Positions 29,953-39,191 of a stretch of 64,000 bases of DNA are shown piece after piece. Within the stretch, counting starts at the first letter, position 1, and each line of letters opens with the position of its first letter. The translations under genes and the position numbers were made by a program. The DNA comes from an uncultured Bacilli bacterium (GTDB lineage Bacteria > Bacillota_I > Bacilli_A > RF39 > UBA660), in contig CAKOMW010000001.1 in the NCBI GenBank assembly GCA_934096805.1, positions 371,712 through 435,711 of the forward strand, in the 5' to 3' direction. The notes beneath the pieces were generated by a model, which was not told the origin of the DNA, did no database searches, and worked only from the letters and a program-made list of their open reading frames with translations.

Positions 29953-30465
29953 ATGGAAACTGATATAAAAGCATATGATTTGTTTTGGGATTTGTATAAG
30001 AAGAATGATTCTTTTAGAAGTGTTGTTGATTCTGGTATGTCAAGTAACATGGTTAATTTTTTTGATGATGATTTGTGGGATAAGATTAAGTCACAGAATT
30101 TTATTTCTTATGATGATAGAATGAAAGAGTTTGTTGATATGTTTCTCTTAGGGTATAATATTGGTAATTGTGTTGGTGCTTCTAGACAACTTAGTTATTC
30201 GTTTAATGATGTTGATATAGTTTCAGGGGTGTTGCCTATTATCAAAGGAACTTTAAATGCAGAAAAAGAGGGAGGTCATTGTTGGCTTGAGAATGATTGT
30301 TTTATAATTGATACTTCTTTGATGCTTGTTATTGATAAATCACTTCGTGATGATTTTGGTTATATTGAGGAGAATAGGATTACTAAGGAAAGTCTTAGAA
30401 GATCTCAGGTTTATCAAGCTAGAAAAGATTTTGTTAATGATAATGAACTTCGTAGAAAAAAATAA
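29953..30465 (+). CDS. Hypothetical cytoplasmic protein immediately downstream of the nuclease (possible nuclease inhibitor/immunity protein)
   Basis: 170 aa, no signal peptide, translationally coupled position. No recognisable motif. Confidence 0.3.
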   Translation: METDIKAYDLFWDLYKKNDSFRSVVDSGMSSNMVNFFDDDLWDKIKSQNFISYDDRMKEFVDMFLLGYNIGNCVGASRQLSYSFNDVDIVSGVLPIIKGTLNAEKEGGHCWLENDCFIIDTSLMLVIDKSLRDDFGYIEENRITKESLRRSQVYQARKDFVNDNELRRKK

Positions 30466-30476
30466 AAGAACTATTA

Positions 30477-31052
30477 CTATTTGGTTTTATTTAGTTCTTT
30501 TTCTATTATTTGTTTTATTTCTTTTATAGCAATTTCTAAGTTGTTATTTGTTATGATGTAGTCGTATTCATTTTTGAATGAAATCTCGTATTCTGCTTTG
30601 TTTATTCTTTCTTCGATTACTTTAGCATTATCAGTTTGTCTTTGTAGTAGTCTTTTTTTTAATTCTTGGATATCTGGAGGACAAATAAAGATTAGGATTG
30701 TTTCGTTGTATTCATTTTGAATGTTAAGGGCTCCTTTGACGTCTATTTCTAGAATTATATTTGTTCCTTGGTTTAGTTTTTCAATTACTTTGTTTTTTGG
30801 TGTTCCATAAAAGATGCCTTTGTAGACTTCAGCATATTCTAAGAAATTGTTTTCTTTTATATTTTTTATGAATTCTTCTTTAGTTACGAAGTAGTAGTCT
30901 ATTTTGTTTTTTTCATTTTCTCTTTTTTTTCTGGTGGTCATTGATATTGAGTACCAAAAGTTTTCATATGTTTTTAATATTTCGTTTCTTATTGTGGTTT
31001 TTCCGACTCCGGATGGTCCGGATATAACGAATAGTTTTCCTTTGTTTTTCAT
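30477..31052 (-). CDS. gmk: Guanylate kinase
   Basis: GPSGVGKTT P-loop and conserved guanylate kinase pattern. Confidence 0.85.
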   Translation of the reverse strand: MKNKGKLFVISGPSGVGKTTIRNEILKTYENFWYSISMTTRKKRENEKNKIDYYFVTKEEFIKNIKENNFLEYAEVYKGIFYGTPKNKVIEKLNQGTNIILEIDVKGALNIQNEYNETILIFICPPDIQELKKRLLQRQTDNAKVIEERINKAEYEISFKNEYDYIITNNNLEIAIKEIKQIIEKELNKTK

Positions 31053-31198
31053 ATTTAGTATCGTTCCTTTCTGAATTTAATTTTTTTTATTTCTTTTTTG
31101 ATAATTATAAAGCTATTTTAATAAAAAGAAAAGTAAATCTTTGTATTTTTTGTTATTTTTGGTATAATGGTTATTGATAGAAGATAGAGGTGTTGTTA

Positions 31199-34134
31199 TG
31201 TACTTAAAGGAAATTAAAATCTCAGGTTTTAAATCTTTTGCAGATAAAATAAATCTTAGTTTGGATGATAATATTACTTGTGTTGTAGGACCAAATGGTA
31301 GTGGTAAGAGTAATATTGTTGATGCTGTAAGATGGGTTTTAGGGGAGCAGTCTATAAAGTCTCTTCGTGGTAGTAGTAATATGACTGATGTTATATTTTC
31401 TGGTTCTAAGACAAGAAAGCCTCTTAATTTAGCATCGGTTTCTTTGGTGTTTGATAATAGTGATTCTTATATAAAGGTTCCTTATTCTGAAATTTCTGTT
31501 ATACGTAAGGTTTATAGAAGTGGAGAAAATGAGTATTATATAAATAATGAAAAGTGTCGTTTAAAAGATATTAATGATTTATTCCTTGATAGTGGAATGG
31601 GTAAGTATGCTTTTAATATTATATCTCAGGGTGAAGTTGGTAAAATACTTAGTGATTCTCCAATTGATAGACGTTTTATTATTGAAGAGGCTGCGGGTGT
31701 TTTGAAGTATAAAAAAAGAAAAGAAGAAGCTCTTAGAAAGCTTGATAAGACTAATGATAATTTAATTAGAATTAGAGATATTATTGGTGAGCTTGAGGTA
31801 CAGCTTGAACCTTTGAAGATACAAAGTGAAGAAGCTAGTAAGTTTTTAGAAGTAAAGGAAAAGTTAGAGAATGTAGAAATTGCTCTTATTGCTAATGATT
31901 TAGAGGAGCTTAATAATTCTTATAAGGATACGCTTTTTGATATTGAAAGGATTCAGAATGAAATAGTTTCTAAGAATACGGATATTTCTAAATGGGATGT
32001 TAGTATTTCTAATAGTAAAGAGCTTCTTGATAAGTATAATGTTTCTTTTGTTGATTTAAATAATAAGTTATTTTCTTTGGTTAAGGAAGAGGAAAGACTT
32101 AATGGAGAAAAGAATATTATTCGTGAACGTAGTAAGTATGATAGTGAAGATTCTAAGGTTCATGAAAATATTGCTAATTTAAAGGAGGAAAAGTTACAGC
32201 TTAATAATAGGCTTCTTTCGGTTAAGACTGATATTGGTATTTTGGATAAGAATTTGGAAGAACTTAATGATTTTATTTCTTCGATTAATGAAAAAATAAG
32301 GGTTGCTAGCTTAAAAAGAAATGATTTAGAAAAGGATGTTTATCTTAAGAATAAGAGGGTTAATGAAATTTCTTATAGAATTAATTCTTTGAATGATTAT
32401 ATCGAGCAGGGAGGTAATATTTCTTCGAATGCTAAGAGAGTTTTGTCTAATCCAAAGCTTAAGGGTGTTCATAATGTTATTTCAAAACTTATTTCTATAG
32501 ATGATAAGTATGGTCTTAGTTTAGAGGTTGCTCTTGGTGGAGCAAAGGATTATGTGGTTGTTGATAATCCAGGGGTTGCTAAGAGTGCGATTAATTATTT
32601 AAAGGATAATAATTTGGGTAGGGTTACTTTTTATCCTCTTGATGTAATAAAAGCAAGACATGTTGATAAGGATGTTCTTGATTTACTAAGTAAAGAGAAT
32701 GGTTTTATAGGAGTATTGGCAGATTTTGTTACTTATGATGATTTATATAGAAATGTTATTTATAATCAATTAGGTAATGTTTTGTTGGCTACTGATATCG
32801 ATAGTGCTAATGCAATAAGTAAAAAGATTAACAATAGATATAGAATTGTTACTTTAACTGGTGAAGTTATTAATGTTGGTGGTTCAATTACTGGAGGTAA
32901 GGTTAATAGTAAGTCAGTTATTTCTTATAGACATGATTTACAGAGTCTTACTTTTGAGAAAGAGAAACTTTTAAAGGAAATTGATCTTGTTAATGATTCA
33001 ATTAAGGGTCTTTTGGATGATGAGAAAAGTAATCAGGTTTTGATTATTGAAAAGGAAAAGGAAAAGATTCTTCTTAAGGAAGAGAAGGATAGTAAGCTTA
33101 ATTCTTTTGCTTTGTATAAGAAAAAGTATGAAGGTATTAGTCTTGAACTTAGTAACTTAGAGGATTTATCTAGTGCAGGTTTGCATGAATTAGAGGATAA
33201 GATTATTAACAAGTATTATGATGTTTTAAAGGAAAAGGAAGAGTTAGAAAAACAAATTTCTTTGTCTAATCAAAAGATTGATGCTTTAAAGAATGAGATT
33301 AGTGAGGCTGAAGCTTCTTATAGGCTTGATAGTCAAGGTGTTAGGTCTTTGGAAAGCGATTTAAAGAGTTTAGAGATTAAGAATTCTAAGATTAGTGTTA
33401 AGATGGATAATATGCTTAATATTCTTAGTGATAATTATGCAATTACTTTTGAAAAGGCTAGAAGTAATTATGTTCTTGATATTTCTGTTGATGTTGCAAG
33501 GCGTCAAGTTAATGAACTTAAGAGTACTTTAAAGGGTATTGGAACAGTTAATCTTGGTGCGATTGAAGAGTATGATAGACTTTCTACAAGGCATGATTTT
33601 TTGAGTAAACAGACTGTTGATTTGGAGGAGGCTGCTTCGGCGCTTCTTAAAATAATTGATGAACTTGATTATGTTATGAAAGATGAATTTATTAAAACTT
33701 TTAAACAGATTCAAGTTGAGTTTAATAGTGTTTTCAAGGAACTTTTTGGAGGAGGAGAAGCAAGGCTAGAGCTTACTGATAAGAGTAATGTTTTAGAGAC
33801 TGGTATTGATATAATGGTTACTCCTCCGGGAAAGAAACTTTCTACTATTTCGCTTTTGTCTGGTGGAGAAAAAACACTTACAGCGATTAGTTTACTTTTT
33901 GCAGTTTTGAATATTAAAAAAATACCTTTTTGTATTTTTGATGAAATTGAGGCTGCTCTTGATGAGGCGAATGTTGCAAGGATTGGACAGTATTTTAAGA
34001 AGTATGTTGGTAAGACACAACTTATTATAATTACACATAAGAAGAAAACTATGGAGTATGCTGATATACTTTATGGTATTACGATGCAAGAATCTGGAGT
34101 TTCTAAACTTGTTAGTGTTAAGTTGGTTGATTAG
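31199..34134 (+). CDS. smc: Chromosome segregation protein SMC
   Basis: N-terminal Walker A GPNGSGKSN, long coiled coils with a hinge (ISIDDKYGLSLEVALGG), and C-terminal LSGGEKTL plus Walker B. The likely start is ATG 31199 (MYLKEIKISGFKSF). Confidence 0.85.
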
Positions 34135-34221
34135 AATGATTAATTTCATTCTTTTTTTATGTTCTTCTTTATTCGACATTTATTTCATTTTTTATTTTGT
34201 AGAATAGATGTGGTGATAGTA

Positions 34222-34686
34222 ATGAGAGGAAAATTTTTAATACCAATTGTTTTTTCAATTGTAATAGGGTTCTTTTTTGGGAGGGTGTTTTTTAATTCAT
34301 ATGATGATTCTTTAGTTACGGCTTCTTCTTATGGGGAAAAGGTTTATTTTATACAAAAAGGTGTTTATTCTTCTTTGGATGATTTAAAGAAAAATAATTC
34401 TGATTATAAGAGTTTTCTGTATCTTAAAGAGTCTGATGGGTATCATTTGTATATTGGAATAACAAAAAATGAAAATATTGCTAAAAAAATTAAGGAATTT
34501 TATGAAAAATCTAATATTAATATATATGTAAGTGAAAAATATATTAATAATACGAGTTTTATATCAACTCTTTCAGAATATGATAAGTTGATTGATGTAG
34601 CTTCTCTTAATAGTTTTGTTGACTTACAAAAAATTGTTATATCAAATTATAAGGAGATGGTACTTAATGGGGAGGAATCTAATTAA
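34222..34686 (+). CDS. Hypothetical membrane-anchored protein
   Basis: Single N-terminal TM helix plus a ~130 aa domain. The ORF track starts at 34159; M at 34222 fits better. Confidence 0.3.
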   Translation: MRGKFLIPIVFSIVIGFFFGRVFFNSYDDSLVTASSYGEKVYFIQKGVYSSLDDLKKNNSDYKSFLYLKESDGYHLYIGITKNENIAKKIKEFYEKSNINIYVSEKYINNTSFISTLSEYDKLIDVASLNSFVDLQKIVISNYKEMVLNGEESN

Positions 34687-35368
34687 GGAGTTGCCTGTTA
34701 GTGAAAGGCCTAGAGAAAGGATGCTAAAGTGTGGTGCTAATTCTTTATCTAATTCGGAGTTACTTGCTATTATACTTAAGACAGGTGTTAGTGGTAGTAG
34801 TGTTTATGATTTAGCAAATGATGTTTTAAAAAAGGTTGGTGATATTTCTAATCTTAGTACTGTTAGCGTACAGGAGCTTATGTCTATTAATGGAATAGGT
34901 TGTGCTAAGGCACTTGAGGTTATGGCTTCAATTGAGCTTGGTAAGAGGGTGTTTTTTTCTAGTAGTAAGTTTTTAGAAAAGTTTAGTAATAGTAATGATG
35001 TTTATTCTAAGAATAAGTATTTGTTTTATGGAAAAAAGCAGGAGTATTTTTATTGCTTGTATTTGGATTCAAAAAAAGAGTTAATAGAAAGGAAGTTGTT
35101 ATTTATGGGAACAATTAATAAGAGTATAGTTCATCCAAGGGAAATATTTAAGGAAGCTTATCGTTTGTCTGCTTCATCTATTGTTTGTATGCATAATCAT
35201 CCTAGTGGAGATAAGATGCCTAGTATGGATGATATTATTTTGACTAATGCTTTAGTGGAGATAGGAAGGCTTCAACAAATACCAATTGTTGATCATATGA
35301 TATTTACGGATAATAGTTATTATAGTTTTTATGAGAATGGGGTTTTAGGAAATGAAAAGAGTCTATAA
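34667..35368 (+). CDS. radC: RadC-like JAB/MPN domain protein (UPF0758)
   Basis: HNHPSGD JAMM motif. Sits in the conserved position upstream of mreC. The start at 34667 has an AAGGAG RBS. Confidence 0.8.
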   Translation: MGRNLIKELPVSERPRERMLKCGANSLSNSELLAIILKTGVSGSSVYDLANDVLKKVGDISNLSTVSVQELMSINGIGCAKALEVMASIELGKRVFFSSSKFLEKFSNSNDVYSKNKYLFYGKKQEYFYCLYLDSKKELIERKLLFMGTINKSIVHPREIFKEAYRLSASSIVCMHNHPSGDKMPSMDDIILTNALVEIGRLQQIPIVDHMIFTDNSYYSFYENGVLGNEKSL

Positions 35369-36128
35369 AATTGTTTTGGTTATTATTCTTGTTTTAGGAT
35401 TGTTTTTCTTGTTTAGTGATAGGTTATTTCTTGGTAATAATCCTTTTAAGCAAGTTTATAAAGTGATGATTATTCCTGTTTCTAAGTTGTCTAATTCTTT
35501 TAATGATATTAGGAATTATAAGAGTATTAGTGCTCTTAATAAAAAGTTAGAAAAAGATAATATTTTACTTAATAGTACTTTGGATAAGAATAGTGCTTTG
35601 GAGGAAGAGAATAAAGAACTTAAATCTTTGATGGATCTTTCTTATGAGTCACAGAATAAGGTTTTTGCTAGGGTTATATCTAGGAATAGATTGTATTTTT
35701 TTGATACTTTTATTATATCTCGAGGAAGTGGTTCTGGTATTTCTTTATCTGATGCTGTTTTGTGTAGTGAGGGACTTGTTGGACGGGTTATTTCTATTAG
35801 TAAGAATTATGCTACGGTTAGAATGATTACTAGTAATTATGATGATAATAAATTGTCTGTTGTTATTAAGGGCAAAAAGAATGTTAATGGAGTTGTTAAA
35901 GAGTATAAGAATGGTTATTTACTTATTGATGGTGTTGATAATTATAATAAAGTTTTAGTAGGAGATAAGGTTTATACATCTGGTCTTGGTCTTATGTCTC
36001 GTGGTTTTTATGTGGGAGAAGTTTCTAAGGTTGTTTTAGATAGTTATGGAATAAGTAATTTGGTTTATGTGAAGCCTGTTTCTTCTCTTTCTAATATTAA
36101 TTATGTGATGGTGGTTTCTAATGATTAG
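35352..36128 (+). CDS. mreC: Rod shape-determining protein MreC
   Basis: N-terminal TM and coiled coil, then a beta-rich domain. Conserved radC-mreC-mreD order. Confidence 0.75.
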   Translation: MKRVYKIVLVIILVLGLFFLFSDRLFLGNNPFKQVYKVMIIPVSKLSNSFNDIRNYKSISALNKKLEKDNILLNSTLDKNSALEEENKELKSLMDLSYESQNKVFARVISRNRLYFFDTFIISRGSGSGISLSDAVLCSEGLVGRVISISKNYATVRMITSNYDDNKLSVVIKGKKNVNGVVKEYKNGYLLIDGVDNYNKVLVGDKVYTSGLGLMSRGFYVGEVSKVVLDSYGISNLVYVKPVSSLSNINYVMVVSND

Positions 36129-36573
36129 TGTTTTTATTCTTATAGTTGTTTCTTTTGTTCTTGATTTGTTTTTAGGAAATGTGTTTTATGGATTGGTTCC
36201 AATGTTTATTGTTTGTATTATTCCTTTTATGTCTTTTGTTTCATCTAAGTATAAGTTGTTTTTGTTTTTAATTGTTGGTTTTTTTATGGATATATTGTTT
36301 AGTGATGTTCTTTTTATAAATATTATTTTTTTCTTTATTATGTATTTTATAAAGTTTAAGAAAGGGTTGCTTTATATGATTTTTTCTTGTTTATTTGTTT
36401 ATGTTTTTTATATTTTGTATCTTTTTGGGGTTTTAAGTGTTTTAGGATATGGTTTTTATTTTTCTAAGTTGTTTTCTTTTACTTGGTATTCTTTTGTTAT
36501 TAATGTATTTTATATATTTTTTTCTTGTTTAGTATTTGGTCGTAATTTGGATGATAAAAAGAGTTTATATTAA
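36121..36573 (+). CDS. mreD: Rod shape-determining protein MreD
   Basis: Small polytopic membrane protein directly following mreC. Confidence 0.65.
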   Translation: MISVFILIVVSFVLDLFLGNVFYGLVPMFIVCIIPFMSFVSSKYKLFLFLIVGFFMDILFSDVLFINIIFFFIMYFIKFKKGLLYMIFSCLFVYVFYILYLFGVLSVLGYGFYFSKLFSFTWYSFVINVFYIFFSCLVFGRNLDDKKSLY

Positions 36574-36594
36574 TTCTTTTTTTCATATAATTTT

Positions 36595-37218
36595 ATGGGT
36601 GATATTATGTATGAGTATAAGAGTGTTAATAAGTATCTTCAAAAGAATGGGAAAAGGAAGAAGGAAAGAAGGGGTTTTAAGGGGTTTTTGTATAGTGTTT
36701 TTATTAAATTACTTATTTGTATTTTAATAGTTCTTGCGGTTTTAATTATTGTTAAGATTGATAAGAAGAGTAGTGGAAAGATTAATTCGTTTTTATATGA
36801 GAATAATATTAATTTTTCGAGGATAAATAAGTGGTATAATGAACATTTTGGTGATGTTTTGCCTAATTCTTCTAAGGCGATTAGTAATGCTACACCAGTT
36901 TTTAGTGAGAGTTTAGATTATAGTGGCGCAAATATATATAAAGATGGTGTTAGTTTGGCGGTTGCTAGTTCTTATTTGGTGCCTATATTAGGGGATGGAA
37001 TTGTTGTTTTTAGTGGAACTAAAGATGGTTATGGAAATACTGTTATTGTTCAACAAAGTGATGGGATTGATGTTTGGTATGGAAATATAGCTAATTGCAA
37101 TGTTAAGTTATATGATTATGTATCAAAGGGTGAGTTTTTGGGAGAAGTTAATAATAAGCTTTATTTAGTTTTTCAAAAGGATGGGAAGTATTTAGATTAT
37201 AAGAACTATATTTCGTAA
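36595..37218 (+). CDS. spoIVFA: Membrane-anchored degenerate M23/LytM-domain protein, SpoIVFA-like
   Basis: C-terminal LytM fold (GDGIVVFSGTKDGYGNTVIVQQSDGIDVWYGNI) lacking the catalytic His residues, as in SpoIVFA. It precedes an S2P protease gene. Confidence 0.5.
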   Translation: MGDIMYEYKSVNKYLQKNGKRKKERRGFKGFLYSVFIKLLICILIVLAVLIIVKIDKKSSGKINSFLYENNINFSRINKWYNEHFGDVLPNSSKAISNATPVFSESLDYSGANIYKDGVSLAVASSYLVPILGDGIVVFSGTKDGYGNTVIVQQSDGIDVWYGNIANCNVKLYDYVSKGEFLGEVNNKLYLVFQKDGKYLDYKNYIS

Positions 37219-37243
37219 GTTTTATATACATCCTCTTACGGTT

Positions 37244-37951
37244 TTGCTTTTGATACTTGTTATTTTTACAGGTCTTTTTAAGGAATTTTTGTTAGTTTTT
37301 TCAATTATTATTATTCATGAATTGGGGCATTTATTTAGTGCTGTTTATTATAAGTGGAATATTGATAAGATAAGTATATATCCTTATGGAGGGTGTGTTA
37401 GTTTTAATGAGAAGTTAAATAGACCTATTAGGGAAGAGTTTATTATTTTAATAATGGGTCCTTTGGTACAAGTGTTTTATTTATTGGTGTTTTATTTATT
37501 TTTTAGATTTGGTTTTGTTTCTTTTAAGACTTTTGTTTTGTTTAAGACTTATAATTTTACACTTCTTTGTTTTAATTTGTTACCTATTTATCCTCTTGAT
37601 GGAGGGAGGATTGTTAATTTGTTGTTTAACTTTTTTTTACCTTATAGGAAGTGTAATTTTTTAATAATAGTTATTTCTATTTTGTTTATATTTATTGTTA
37701 TTGTTAATTGTTCTAGTGTTAATTTGGTTATGATGATGGTATTTGTATTGTCTGAAGTTTTTGTTTTTATTAAACAACAAGATTATTTATATAATAAGTT
37801 TTTGCTTGAAAGGTTTCTTTTTAATTTTTCTTTTTATAGAGTTAGGGTTATAAAGAATAAGAATAATTTTTATAGGGGTAAGAGGCATGTGCTTTATAAT
37901 AATTTTAAATATGTTACGGAAAAGGAGTATTTAAAGGGGAGGTATAGATGA
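37244..37951 (+). CDS. spoIVFB: Site-2 protease, M50 family (SpoIVFB-like intramembrane metalloprotease)
   Basis: HELGH inside TM helix 1 and an LDGG motif (IYPLDGGRIV) in a later TM helix. Confidence 0.7.
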   Translation: MLLILVIFTGLFKEFLLVFSIIIIHELGHLFSAVYYKWNIDKISIYPYGGCVSFNEKLNRPIREEFIILIMGPLVQVFYLLVFYLFFRFGFVSFKTFVLFKTYNFTLLCFNLLPIYPLDGGRIVNLLFNFFLPYRKCNFLIIVISILFIFIVIVNCSSVNLVMMMVFVLSEVFVFIKQQDYLYNKFLLERFLFNFSFYRVRVIKNKNNFYRGKRHVLYNNFKYVTEKEYLKGRYR

Positions 37952-39117
37952 AAAGGGTTATATTTCTAATGATTGTTATACTTTTAGGTGCTTTGTATCT
38001 TAATTATGATGGGGATACTAAGAAGAGTGATAATGTGCCTACTTCGGATTCTTCGATGAAGGGGGTATTTGTTTCTTATATTGATTATGCAAGTTTGAAG
38101 GGGAAAGAGGTTAAGGAACAAAAGAATATTATTAATGAAATGGTTAATAATGTTTCATATTTTGGTTTTAATACAGTTATATTACAAGTTAGGGCTTTTT
38201 CTGATGCAATCTATGATTCTTCTTATTTTCCTTTGTCTAGTGTGATGGCTTATGATGAACAAGGGGTTTTGTTTGATGTTTTATCTTATTTTATTGAGAA
38301 ATGTAATAATAAGGATATTTTAGTTTATGCATGGATTAATCCTTATAGGATTTCTAATGATGGGGATAAGAGTAAAATTAGTAAAAATGCTAGTTATTAT
38401 AAGTGGCTTGATACAAATAAAATTGGAGTATATGATAATGGGATTTATTTTAATCCGGCGGATTCTGATGTTTTAGAGCTTATTTTGAATGGGGTTTCAG
38501 AGATAGTTAAGAATTATAAGGTTGCTGGTGTTTTATATGATGATTATTTTTATCCTAATGATGTAATAGATATGCAGAATTATGAGGATTATAAGGGTGA
38601 GCTTTCTTTGAATTCGTATAGGGTTAATAATATTAGTAATTTGCTTAAGGAGTCTTATCTTAGGGTAAAGAGTATTAATAAGGATGTTTTGTTTGGGATT
38701 AGTCCTTCTGGTAATGTGGAGAATAATCTTAATTATGAATATTTAGATATTAAGAATGTTTTAAAGGATAAGTATTTGGATTTTATAATGCCTCAGCTTT
38801 ATTATGGGTTTAATAATCAGAATAAACCTTATATGAAAGTGCTTAAGGAATGGAGTGGTCTTAATGTTAATAAGATAGATTTATATGTAGCTCTTTCTTT
38901 GTATAAGTCTGGTATGGTTGATACTTATGCTGGTAATGGTAAGGATGAGTGGGTTTCTAATAGTGATATTATTAAGAGACAGGTTCTTTCTTCTTCAGTT
39001 GTTAATGATTATAGTGGTTTTGTTATTTTTAGGTATGAATATTTGTTTGAGATTTTTGATAATGATAATTTAGTTTCTGAGGTTAATGGTTTACAGAAGA
39101 TAATGAATATTAAATAA
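37948..39117 (+). CDS. Glycoside hydrolase-like family 10 (GHL10, YngK-like) lipoprotein/secreted protein
   Basis: Signal peptide, then FGFNTVILQVRAFSDAIYDS... typical of GHL10 TIM-barrel proteins. Confidence 0.55.
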   Translation: MKRVIFLMIVILLGALYLNYDGDTKKSDNVPTSDSSMKGVFVSYIDYASLKGKEVKEQKNIINEMVNNVSYFGFNTVILQVRAFSDAIYDSSYFPLSSVMAYDEQGVLFDVLSYFIEKCNNKDILVYAWINPYRISNDGDKSKISKNASYYKWLDTNKIGVYDNGIYFNPADSDVLELILNGVSEIVKNYKVAGVLYDDYFYPNDVIDMQNYEDYKGELSLNSYRVNNISNLLKESYLRVKSINKDVLFGISPSGNVENNLNYEYLDIKNVLKDKYLDFIMPQLYYGFNNQNKPYMKVLKEWSGLNVNKIDLYVALSLYKSGMVDTYAGNGKDEWVSNSDIIKRQVLSSSVVNDYSGFVIFRYEYLFEIFDNDNLVSEVNGLQKIMNIK

Positions 39118-39191
39118 TTTTTTGGATATTTTATTTACACTTTTCATTAATTTTGATATAATTTGTGTTAGAATATGAGGAGTTGAATTTG

